From: Eledone cirrhosa
Lineage: Eukaryota
Reading direction: 5' to 3'
DNA: 64,000 nt
Assembly (NCBI GenBank): GCA_964016885.1
Contig: OZ024744.1
Location: 54,746,001-54,810,000, forward strand
This document shows positions 50,890 to 64,000 of the stretch, one piece after another. The notes under the pieces are model-generated. The model was given only the letters and a program-made list of their open reading frames with translations. It was not told the origin of the DNA and did not search any database. Numbering within the stretch: the first letter of the stretch is position 1; every line of letters begins with the position of its first letter. A program made the translations under genes and the position numbers.

Positions 50890-51645
50890 AATAGTAGTGA
50901 GAAAAAGCAACAATATTCTCAAAGAAACTCTAGGCATCAACAGCAATGAACTGATTACTTTGTTCTAGAGGACTTTCAGCCTGGAGACTATGGATAATTT
51001 CCAGAAATTCCTAGCCTGGCAGTGCTGCTGCGAATTTTAGATAAACTCTACAGACACAGGAGTTCTGTCTCATGGGCGATGAATTTATTCTGCATACACT
51101 TGTCCAGTGTCCACACATTGCTGACTTGTGGACAGAGAAGCAATTCTTTCTCCACATTTACAGATCCAACTATCAGCCAACTTCATCATGAAGATCCTTC
51201 CATTGCTTTCCTTTAGCCAGGAAGAGCAGACAACTTTCCTCTGTCTGGTTGACATGGTGAAAGAGGTTGTGTGGCGGACAAGCCTGAAAGGTCTCAAGGC
51301 ATACATATTCCTTTTCAGTCAAGCTGTAATCACTTGGAAAGGAATCTAAGAGTGGAGAGAGAAGTGCTTCCCTCCACTCTATCTGTTAAAAGTTGGGTAA
51401 ATGTAGTGCGAATAACCCAATTAAGGCCTACATTAAACATATGTCTGAAAGCTGAAGAGAGTTGGTGATCCAAATTATCTTGGATCAATGGGTTTCCTTG
51501 CCTACCTCTTGGTGGGGCTCCTTACTATTGTTATTAGTTTGTTGTTACCTGCTTTTCTTCCATTTACTCATTTGTATATAAATCTCTATGTCTTTGTTTA
51601 TTTGTTTTGTCCTTAATGTTTAAGCCCCAATGACCAAAAAAGAAA
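50890..51645 (+). mobile_element. Older, diverged L1/Tx1-clade 3' fragment related to the 38.7-41.8 kb copies
   Basis: MDNFQKFLAWQCC, FLCLVDMVKEVVWRT, LRVEREVL..WVNV. Confidence 0.8.
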
Positions 51646-52089
51646 TTATCACCATTATTATTATTATTTTCATTGTGTGCTGTCATTGCATTACCAAGCA
51701 TAGCTTTGTGCACCTTGGGTATGTGCAGTGTTGTTTTTATTGTATTGAAAGTACTCTTTGTAATATATGTGCAGTGCCTAGTTGTGCTATTTTCTCTTTA
51801 TTATATATATATATATATATATGTCCTGGGGTTTTCATTAAGTATCAGTCTGTGTGATTTCATCATTCTCCAGAGTACATTTACCAGATTGTTTATGTTT
51901 TCATCATCCACATTTGTGTTATTGATATTTCTAGATATTTGGATAATTCCTCCATTTCTTTGAGAGAGATATTGCTATCTGTAGGGACTGGTATATCCGT
52001 TAGAAGACATTTCTTTCTTGGTGGTGTTTCATTACAATATTTGGTCGATTGTCTTTGATCTCCTTATCTATGTGTTATGGTATTTTAGT

Positions 52090-52350
52090 AGATTGGCAGA
52101 ATAGATAGAGCATCAGACAAAATGCTATGCAGTATTTAGTGACAGCTCTTTACATTCTGAGTGCAAGTCCTGCTGAGGCCAGCTTTGCTTTTCATCCTCC
52201 CATGGTCCATAAAATCAAGTACCAATCAAGAATTGGGATCATCCTTATGAGGTTGATAAAATAAAGTACCAGTAATTCACTGGGGTTGATTTAAACTGTT
52301 CCCTTAGCTCAGTATTGCTAGCCTTGTACCAAAATTAGAAACCCTTATAC
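52090..52350 (+). mobile_element. SINE family 2, degenerate with internal duplication
   Basis: TCATCCT..ATAAAAT.AAGTACCA occurs twice. Confidence 0.65.
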
Positions 52351-53009
52351 TTATTATTATTACTAAAATATTATTCAAATTCTGCAGACTGGATTTATTC
52401 TAATACTACAAGTTTTCACAACAATATGTCCATTAGTAAAGATACTATAAACATTTGGATTAACAAAGCATATGGAAGTATATTAACAAGATATTCTTGA
52501 AAAGTACAAAACAAAACTGTGATTGTATCGTATTAAAAATTAAAGTTTTTTGTCCATAACTGCACATTGTCACAACAATCTGTCCAATAGGAAAGATATT
52601 ATAAACATTTGAATTAACAAATTGTTTTTAGATATTTCCTGCTAAATCATTACAGGATTTAAGAGTTAATCTATTCATTTATAATCTGCAAATGGATATT
52701 TGTTTTGAACTAATTAACAGATGGGTTGTTGGAAATAATCCTTTCTTTAACAAAGAAAACACCAACAAAAGAAAACAATAACAGCAGTATGAGTAGAGCA
52801 TTTATTCAACATACTAGAAATAGCAACCAATTCTTCCTCAACCCACACTTTACTGTCTTTAAAAAAATGGAAGAACATATTGGGTAATGAAGTTCATGAT
52901 GCAATGATGTATGAATATTAGATGTGGTGGCTATGGCTGGAAGTCTATATTTTCAAGTTTGATGAATGAAATCAGATCTCAATAGCAATACAATAAGCAT
53001 GTTGTCAAT

Positions 53010-53472
53010 GCAGCATAGCCAAATGGTTAAGAGGTTCACATCACACTTATTAGGTCCCAGGTTCAATCTCACTTTATGGCAACTTAGGCAAGTGTCAGTT
53101 ACCATAGCCTAGGATCGACCCATATCTTGTGAGGGATATTGGGTAGACCAGAAACTATTTGGAAGCCATTCAGATGGATTAGAGATGTAATTCTAAGTTC
53201 CAACCTCATCAACCTGTATCATGCTGAATCTCCCTGAGAATTACTTTTTTCCAGGATTTTAAGACATTATTTCAAATTGGGTGGTGGATTGGCAGTATCG
53301 GTAGAGGGCCGGACACCATGCTTTGCAGCATAGAGTTATGGCCATTTCCATTCTGAGTTCAAATCCTGCCGAGGTTAACTTTGCCTTTCATCCTTACGGG
53401 GTCGATAAAATAAAGTACCAGTGGTGCACTGGGATAGTTGCTAGCCTTGTGCTAAAAGTAGAAACAATTATT
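53010..53472 (+). mobile_element. SINE family 3 (53010-53250) followed by full-length SINE family 2 (53280-53472)
   Basis: Pol III-like boxes TAGCCAAATGG and GGTTCAATC; family 2 consensus as above. Confidence 0.75.
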
Positions 53473-54963
53473 GTCCTTTCTTAAACCAATCTGGTCACAA
53501 TTCGTACGGGCTACTAACTGAAATGTGTTTTTTCTACGGTTTAAGGTGAACCCTTCAGCTAAGAACCTTCCCCTTGACAATTGGTGCGGCAATGTAAGGT
53601 CGTTAAGCAGATCGTTGTGTTGTTTATTATATAACGCGATATCTGCCTCCCAACCACTAAATGGGAGACGGGTATTACACAACCCACCTGTACCGCTATC
53701 ACAACCTATCCATGGTATACCCGCTACCCACAACAAAGAATGTAACTGCCATCTACCTGAAAGATGTCCATTGAAGAATGAATGCCTAAAGTCCAACATT
53801 GTTTACCAATGCACGGTTGAATCGAACGACCAGAATTGGTATTATATCGGATCTACCACCACATCGTTTAAATCTCGCTGGTACCGTCATCGATTCTCAA
53901 TCAAACATCCGAATCACCGTTTTGTGACCACGCTCGCCAACAAGACCTGGCAACTCCGTGAACACAACCTTAAAATGGGATATACTTTCCAGCGCAAGTG
54001 CATATCGGAGTGGATCGAAGTACTGCAGGTTATGTAACCTTGAGCTCTTTTACATATTAAAATCCAAAAACAAACTACTTAACGATAGAATTGAACGATC
54101 ATTATACTGCAACCACAAACTAAAAGCTAAATTCTCTCACTATAAAATAACTTAACATTCGAACCCGTAACTATAACACCGCTTTCTAGCTAACAACCTT
54201 CTCTCCCCCCCCCCCCTCACACTACAAGACAATACACTGCTTATCACTATACATGGTAACTCAGTGCAATTCCTAGATTACTACTACAAACCCAAAGTTC
54301 ACTCACCACACAAACTTCGTCTGTCCCCTCTCTACCTATCTCTCTCTACATCCATTACACTCTCTCTCTCTCTCTCGCCTTTGGCCTACCTCCCTCTCAA
54401 CATCTATGAACCTGCCCTCTGGGGCAATAAATAATCCCGACCTTAACTATCAACACATCTCTCCAAAAGTAACCTGTATAATAAAACCCCAACCATAACA
54501 TTTTGATTAAGATATCTACAAGCCACTCTCTCCTACTTCTCCAACCCCTGCATATCTTTCTTTCTCTCTCCCTCTTCCCTACTTTTCTCTCTTCCTTTTC
54601 TACTCTATCTTCCCCAACAACCCCACTTAAGGGTATTTACATTGTACATTTTACCATTCTGCTCTGAGGAAACGGTGGTCACAGCATTGGATATTTGAGT
54701 TCTGCAAGTACTTGTGAATTTGCACGTAGCATAACTAGGCTGCAGTACCACCGTGGAAACACTTGTAAGCACACGGAATAAATTACCTTTTTATGATGTC
54801 TACCTGTTATTATTCATTCTTTATATACACTCCGGAATACTGAAGGATCAGGAACTAAGTTTCTTCAACAATTCTTCCATAACTCGTAGAGTAACCTCTT
54901 ACCGTACGTCAACCATATCCAGTGTAGTAATTAACCATTACTACATCTTGGATAATCCTATAC

Positions 54964-54967
<4 letters not shown>
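53473..54967 (+). mobile_element. Penelope-like element (probably Naiad-type) 3' part: GIY-YIG endonuclease + pseudo-LTR
   Basis: ORFs 53525-54037 and 53958-54155: CNCHLPERCPLKNECLKSNIVYQC..YYIGSTTTSFKSRWYRH..LKWDIL..CRLCNLELFYIL..LLN. Ends at (TA)n. Confidence 0.9.
54660..54771 (+). ncRNA. Type I hammerhead ribozyme motif with long stem II in the Penelope pseudo-LTR
   Basis: TGCT-CTGAGGA-A-ACGGTGGT..(about 67 nt)..ACCACCGT-G-GAAA-CACTTG-TA-AGCA, with AATAAA 7 nt downstream. Confidence 0.75.
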
Positions 54968-55010
<43 letters not shown>

Positions 55011-55759
55011 CAAATGAATTTTTTTCAGTATTATGTGTGAAAAACAACAACGGATGATCTATAACCTGCAAAAAAAACTGTTGAACACACCATCTTCTCT
55101 AATCATGGCCAGGAAAACTTGAATTTAGTTACCCAAAGGCCTGATTTTTAGTGCATCAGAGGGGTAAAAAAATTGAAAAAAATAAAAAGTATAAAAATGC
55201 AGTTCCTTTTTTTTTTTTTTTTTAACCATGATAACTGCTTATCACAAAGTTGAAACCTTATAAAACTATACATATTCTGAGAGTGCATCGGAGGATGAAT
55301 CTAGAAAAATAAGCATAAAGTATTTTTAAACTGTTGAAGAATCTATTTGTGTCTCCTGAAAATGGCTCAAAATGGAAATTCGCACTTTTGGGGGTTGTTC
55401 AGAGCCCTAAAAGTCAACATGCCACAATTTGGAAACCTTTTAAATCTAAAAATTCTTTGACATTGACCTGTTGACTATAAAATATTATTAATGCGATTGG
55501 CAAATGAGGCTTTATTCTTCTGCAATATATTATACATCAGCGGAGTTGAAAAGCAGAAAGAATTCTTCAAGGGACATATTGATGGCTGGACGGGTCAATC
55601 ACAGTAGTTTTCCCCAAATTCCCAAATGCTTTAGAAACGAGTAAAAAAAAATAACAGTAAACAATCAAAAACAAAAGGCACAAAAAAAAAAAGACAGGAT
55701 TGTCATAAACTGCAATTACTTTGATCATTGGTCTACTTGATCAGAGCTGACCCGGATAT

Positions 55760-58700
55760 AAACATCAACAACAATAACAACAACATAATCATCAGCAACA
55801 ACAACAGAGGCCACCATCATTATCATAAACAACAACAACAACAGCAACAATAACAACAGCAACAATAAGAAGAGCTACAATAACAACAGCAGCTACTACA
55901 ATAACAACAACAGCTACTACAATAACAACAACAGCTACAATAACAACAACAGCTACAATAACAACAGCAACTACTACAATAACAACAACAGCTACAATAA
56001 CAACAACAGCTACAATAACAACAGCTACTACAATAACAACAGCTACTACAATAACAACAACAGCTACAATAACAACAACAGCTACAATAACAACAACAGC
56101 TACTACAAAAACAACAACAACAGCTACTATAATAACAACAACAGCTACTACAATAACAACAACAACTACTACAATAACAACAACAGCTACTACAATAACA
56201 ACAACAGCTACTACAATAACAACAACAGCTACTACAATAACAACAACAGCTACAATAACAACAACAGCTACTACAATAACAACAACAGCTACTACAATAA
56301 CAACAACAGCTACTACAATAACAACAACAACTGCTTCAATAACAACAACAGCTACTACAATAACAACAACAGCTACTACAATAACAACAACAACTGCTAC
56401 AATAACAACAACAGCTACTACAATAACAACAACAGCTACTACAATAACAACAACAACTGCTACAATAACAACAACAGCTACTACAATAACAACAACAGCT
56501 ACTACAATAACAACAACAGCTACAATAACAACAGCAGCTACTACAATAACAACAACAGCTACTACAATAACAACAACAGCTACTACAATAACAACAACAG
56601 CTACTACAATAACAACAACAGCTACTACAATAACAACAACAGCTACAATAACAACAACAGATACTACAATAACAACAACAGCTACTACAATAACAACAAC
56701 AGCTACAATAACAACAACAGCTACTACAATAACAACAACAGCTACAATAACAACAACAGCTACTACAATAACAACAACAGCTACAATAACAACAACAGCT
56801 ACAATAACAACAACAGCTACTACAATAACAACAACAGCTACAATAACAACAACAGCTACAATAACAACAACAGCTACAATAACAACAACAGATACTACAA
56901 TAACAACAACAGCTACTACAATAACAACAACAGCTACAATAACAACAACAGCTACTACAATAACAACAACAGCTACTACAATAACAACAACAGCTACAAT
57001 AACAACAACAGCTACTACAATAACAACAACAGCTACAATAACAACAACAGCTACTACAATAACAACAACAGCTACTACAATAACAACAACAGCTACAATA
57101 ACAACAACAGCTACTACAATAACAACAACAGCTACTACAATAACAACAACAGCTACAATAACAACAACAGCTACTACAATAACAACAACAGCTACAATAA
57201 CAACAACAGCTACAATAACAACAACAGCTACTACAATAACAACAACAGCTACAATAACAACAACAGCTACAATAACAACAACAGCTACAATAACAACAAC
57301 AGCTACAATAACAACAACAGCTACAATAACAACAACAGCTACTACAAAAACAACAACAGCTACTACAATAACAACAACAACTACTACAATAACAACAACA
57401 GCTACTACAATAACAACAACAACAGCTACAATAACAACAGCAGCTACTACAATAACAACAACAGCTACAATAACAACAACAGCTACTACAATAACAACAA
57501 CAGCTACTACAATAACAATAACAGCTACTACAATAACAACAACAACTACTACAATAACAACAACAGCTACTACAATAACAACAACAGCTACAATAACAAC
57601 AGCAGCTACTACAAAAACAACAACAGCTAGTACAATAACAACAACAGCTACAATAACAACAACAGCTACTACAATAACAACAACAGCTACAATAACAACA
57701 ACAGCTACAAAAACAACAGCAGCTACTACAAAAACAACAACAGCTACTACAATAACAACAACAGCTACAATAACAACAACAGCTACTACAATAACAACAA
57801 CAGCTACTACAATAACAACAACAGCTACTACAATAACAACAGCAGCTACAATAACAACAACAGATACAATAACAACAACAGCTACAATAACAACAACAGC
57901 TACAATAACAACAACAGCTACTACAATAACAACAACAACTACTACAATAACAACAACAGCTACAATAACAACAACAGCTACAATAACAACAACAGCTACT
58001 ACAATAACAACAACAGCTACTACAATAACAGCAACAGCTACAATAACAACAACAGCTACTACAATAACAACAACAGCTACTACAATAACAACAACAGCTA
58101 CAGTAACAACAACAGCTACTACAATAACAACAACAGCTACAATAACAACAACAGCTACAATAACAACAACAGCTACTACAATAACAACAACAGCTACAAT
58201 AACAACAACAGCTACAATAACAACAACAGCTACTACAATAACAACAACAGCTACTACAATAACAGCAACAGCTACAATAACAACAACAGCTACTACAATA
58301 ACAACACCAGCTACTACAATAACAACAACAGCTACAATAACAACAACAGCTACTACAATAACAACAACAGCTACAATAACAACAACAGCTACTACAATAA
58401 CAACAACAGCTACAACAACAGCAGCTACAATAACAACAGCTACTACAATAACAACAACAGCTACAATAACAACAACAGCTAGTACAATAACAAAAACAGC
58501 TACAATAACAACAACAGCTACTACAATAACAACAACAGCTACAATAACAACAACAGCTACTACAAAAACAACAACAGCTACAATAACAACAACAGCTACT
58601 ACAATAACAACAACAGCTACTACAATAACAACAACAGCTACAATAACAACAACAGCTACTACAATAACAACAACAACTACTACAATAACAACAACAGCTA

Positions 58701-61700
58701 CAATAACAACAACAGCTACAATAACAACAGCAGCTACTACAAAAACAACAACAGCTACTACAATAACAACAACAGCTACTACAATAACAACAACAGCTAC
58801 AATAACAACAACAGCTACTACAATAACAACAACAGCTACAACAATAACAACAACAGCTACTACAATAACAACAACAGCTACAATAACAACAACAGCTACT
58901 ACAATAACAACAACAGCTACTACAATAACAACAACAGCTACAATAACAACAACAGCTACTACAATAACAACAACAGCTACAATAACAACAACAGCTACAA
59001 TAACAACAACAGCTACAATAACAACAACAGCTACAATAACAACAACAGCTACTACAATAACAACAACAGCTACTACAATAACAACAACAGCTACAATAAC
59101 AACAACAGCTACAATAACAACAACAGCTACAATAACAACAACAGCTACTACAATAACAACAACAGCTACTACAATAACAACAACAGCTACTACAATAACA
59201 ACAACAGCTACTACAATAACAACAACAGCTACAATAACAACAGCTACTACAATAACAACAACAGCTACAACAACAACAGCTACTACAATAACAACAACAG
59301 CTACTACAATAACAACAACAGCTACTACAATAACAACAACAGCTACTACAATAACAACAACAGCTACAATAACAACAACAGCTACTACAATAACAACAAC
59401 AGCTACTACAATAACAACAACAGCTACTACAATAACAACAACAACTGCTTCAATAACAACAACAGCTACTACAATAACAACAACAGCTACTACAATAACA
59501 ACAACAACTGCTACAATAACAACAACAGCTACTACAATAACAACAACAGCTACTACAATAACAACAACAACTGCTACAATAACAACAACAGCTACTACAA
59601 TAACAACAACAGCTACTACAATAACAACAACAGCTACAATAACAACAGCAGCTACTACAATAACAACAACAGCTACTACAATAACAACAACAGCTACTAC
59701 AATAACAACAACAGCTACTACAATAACAACAACAGCTACTACAATAACAACAACAGCTACAATAACAACAACAGATACTACAATAACAACAACAGCTACT
59801 ACAATAACAACAACAGCTACAATAACAACAACAGCTACTACAATAACAACAACAGCTACAATAACAACAACAGCTACTACAATAACAACAACAGCTACAA
59901 TAACAACAACAGCTACAATAACAACAACAGCTACTACAATAACAACAACAGCTACAATAACAACAACAGCTACAATAACAACAACAGCTACAATAACAAC
60001 AACAGATACTACAATAACAACAACAGCTACTACAATAACAACAACAGCTACAATAACAACAACAGCTACTACAATAACAACAACAGCTACTACAATAACA
60101 ACAACAGCTACAATAACAACAACAGCTACTACAATAACAACAACAGCTACAATAACAACAACAGCTACTACAATAACAACAACAGCTACTACAATAACAA
60201 CAACAGCTACAATAACAACAACAGCTACTACAATAACAACAACAGCTACTACAATAACAACAACAGCTACAATAACAACAACAGCTACTACAATAACAAC
60301 AACAGCTACAATAACAACAACAGCTACAATAACAACAACAGCTACTACAATAACAACAACAGCTACAATAACAACAACAGCTACAATAACAACAACAGCT
60401 ACAATAACAACAACAGCTACAATAACAACAACAGCTACAATAACAACAACAGCTACTACAAAAACAACAACAGCTACTACAATAACAACAACAACTACTA
60501 CAATAACAACAACAGCTACTACAATAACAACAACAACAGCTACAATAACAACAGCAGCTACTACAATAACAACAACAGCTACAATAACAACAACAGCTAC
60601 TACAAAAACAACAACAGCTACTACAATAACAACAACAGCTACTACAAAAACAACAACAGCTACTACAATAACAACAACAGCTACAATAACAACAACAGCT
60701 ACTACAATAACAACAACTACTACAATAACAAAAACAGCTACTACAATAACAACAACAGCTACAATAACAACAACAGCTACAAAAACAACAACAGCTACTA
60801 CAAAAACAACAACAGCTACTACAATAACAACAACAGCTACAATAACAACAACAGCTACTACAATAACAACAACAGCTACTACAATAACAACAACAGCTAC
60901 TACAATAACAACAGCTACAATAACAACAACAGCTACTACAATAACAACAACAGCTACAATAACAACAACAGCTACTACAATAACAACAACAGCTACAATA
61001 ACAACAACAGCTACTACAATAACAACAACAGCTACTACAATAACAACAACAGCTACAATAACAACAACAGCTACAATAACAACAACAGCTACTACAATAA
61101 CAACAACAGCTACAATAACAACAACAGCTACAATAACAACAACAGCTACTACAATAACAACAACAGCTACAATAACAACAACAGCTACTACAATAACAAC
61201 AACAGCTACAATAACAACAACAGCTACAATAACAACAACAGCTACTACAATAATAACAGCCGCTACTACAATAACAACAACAGCTACAATAACAACAACA
61301 GCTACAATAACAACAACAGCTACAATAACAACAACTACTGCAATAACAACAACAGCTACTACAATAACAACAACAGCTACAATAACAACAACAGCTACTA
61401 CAATAACAACAACAGCTACAATAACAACAACAGCTACAATAACAACAACAGCTACAATAACAACAACAGCTACTACAATAACAACAACAGCTACTACAAT
61501 AACAACAACAGCTACTACAAAAACAACAACAGCTACTACAATAACAACAACAGCTACTACAATAACAACAACAGCTACTACAATAACAACAACAGATACT
61601 ACAATAACAACAACAGCTACTACAATAACAACAACAAATATTACAACAACAACAACAACTGCTACAATAACAACAACAGATACTACAATAACAACAACAG

Positions 61701-63350
61701 CTACAATAACAACAACTACTACAATAACAACAACAGCTACTACAATAACAACAACAGCTACAATAACAACAACAGCTACTACAATAACAACAACAGCTAC
61801 TACAATAACAACAACAGCTACTACAATAACAACAACAGCTACTACAAAAACAACAACAGCTACTACAATAACAACAACAGCTACTACAAAAACAACAACA
61901 GCTACTACAATAACAACAACAGCTACTACAATAACAACAACAGCTACTACAAAAACAACAACAGCTACTACAATAACAACAACAGCTACTACAAAAACAA
62001 CAACAGCTACTACAATAACAACAACAGCTACTACAATAACAACAACAGCTACTACAAAAACAACAACAGCTACAATAACAACAACAGCTACTACAATAAC
62101 AACAACAGCTACTACAATAACAACAACAACAGCTACAATAACAACAACAGCTACTACAATAACAACAACAGCTACAATAACAACAACAGCTACAATAACA
62201 ACAACAGCTACTACAATAACAACAACAGATACTACAACAACAACAACAGCTACTACAATAACAACAACAGCTACAATAACAACAACAGCTACAATAACAA
62301 CAACAGCTACTACAATAACAACAACAGCTACAATAACAACAACAGCTACAATAACAACAACAGCTACTACAATAACAACAACAGATACTACAACAACAAC
62401 AACAGCTACTACAATAACAACAGCAGCTACAATAACAACAACAGCTACTACAATAACAACAACAGCTACAATAACAACAACAGCTACAATAACAACAACA
62501 GCTACTACAATAACAACAACAGCAACAACAATTACAACAGCTACAATAACAACAACAGCTACTACAATAACAACAACAGCTACAATAACAACAACAGATA
62601 CTACAATAACAACAACAGCTACAATAACAACAACAGCTACTACAATAACAACAACAGCTACTACAACAACAACAACAGCTACAATAACAACAACAGCTAC
62701 AATAACAACAACAGCTACTACAATAACAACAACAGCAACAACAATTACAACAGCTACAATAATAACAACTACAATAACAACAACAACAGCAACAATATCA
62801 ACAACAACAACAACAACAATAACAACAACAACAACAGCAACAATAACAACACAACAGCAACTACAATGGCAACTACAACAGCAACAACAATTCAACAGCT
62901 ACAATAACAACAACTACAATAACAACAACAACAGCAACAATAACAACAACAACAGCAACAATAACAACAGCAACTACAACAACAACAGCAACAATAACAA
63001 CAGCAACAATAACAACAGCAACTACAATAACAACAGCAACAATTCAACAGCTACAATAACAACTACAATAACAGCAACAACAACAGCAACAATAACAACA
63101 GCAACTACAACAACAACAGCAACAATAACAACAGCAACTACAACAACAACAGCAACAATAACAACAGCAACTACAATAACAACAGCAACAATAACAACAG
63201 CAACAATAACAACAGCAACAATAACAACAACAGCAACAACAACAACAACAATCACAACAATAACAACGACAACGACAATAACAGTAAAATCCTCAACAAC
63301 AACAATGATAATAACACTACAATAATCGACGACAACAGCAACAACACCAA
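55760..63350. repeat. 7.6-kb tandem array of 18-bp (ACAATAACAACAACAGCT) and 21-bp (+ACT) units with degenerate (AAC)n edges
   Basis: Direct inspection; it accounts for the 2367-aa Val/Ile/Ala ORF on the minus strand. Confidence 0.98.
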
Positions 63351-64000
63351 GCATAGCAAATTGTAATATAGACTTGAACGAAGAGTGAAACACTAATTGT
63401 CTTTGACATAAATGTTAATTGAGGCGGTAATTAGCCCTTATAATTACGTCAAATATTATATCTAATTGTTGGAAGGTAATTAATCTTAAATGAGAGGAAA
63501 ATGATGTATTTATATCCTTCTGATATCCGGATATATTGATATACCGTGTCGTCATTAGTGAGACGGTCTTTGGATAAGTTCCAGAAAGCTCTTGTCTGCC
63601 GGCTGTGGTGTGCAGAGCTGTTTTGTTGTTGATTTTATTGTTATGCTCGGAGCCAAGTGCTTGATTGTAAGCACTCTAAAACTCATATATAGAGAAATGT
63701 GAACAAAGAAGATACAGTTATTTCTCCGGTATTCGCAAGGTTTACGTTCTTAGAGCACCTGAAAAAGAAAGAAAAACCGCGAATATTGGACGTGGTCCAT
63801 AAAAAAGCCTATAAATGTCAAAATACAGCGTAAAATAAAGGCCGGCAAATACGGTTTTTAATTTATCGTTAAAAAGCGTGAAAAATATATATTGCCACGA
63901 AAAAAAGCCATTAAAAAATCGCAGAAGATATTAGGATTCCGTGAATATGCGGTGGTTTCCACGACAATTATTAGTTAAGTTCTAAGGAAAAAACCGCGAA

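Noticed and set aside
53452-53799. 115-aa minus-strand ORF overlapping the Penelope 5' junction
   Set aside because: No recognisable motif; it may be an inverted piece of the element but this cannot be supported.
55792-62895. 2367-aa Val/Ile/Ala ORF on the minus strand
   Set aside because: By-product of a triplet-based tandem array lacking stops on that strand; no domain, implausible composition.

Overview
Animal (eukaryotic), AT-rich, repeat-saturated genomic DNA; the SINE families and microsatellite load suggest an octopus or other coleoid cephalopod (inference). No intact host gene could be supported, only one candidate exon. The window is a mosaic of: (i) at least two RTE-clade LINE families with (GAT)n tails, both carrying a C4HC3 PHD-type finger inserted inside the reverse transcriptase; (ii) tRNA-derived SINEs that share 3' tails with those LINEs; (iii) a head-to-tail stack of L1/Tx1-clade retrotransposon copies, each bounded on both sides by (TAGA)n, suggesting a (GATA)n-microsatellite-targeting element; (iv) Penelope-like elements (RT + GIY-YIG) and solo or inverted pseudo-LTRs carrying minimal hammerhead ribozyme motifs; (v) hAT, Tc1/mariner and TTAA (piggyBac-like) non-autonomous DNA transposons; (vi) many microsatellites, a core-plus-spacer minisatellite and a 7.6 kb 18/21-bp satellite with a higher-order duplication. 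Element boundaries were read by eye and many are approximate. Family names rest on motif recognition, not database searches.
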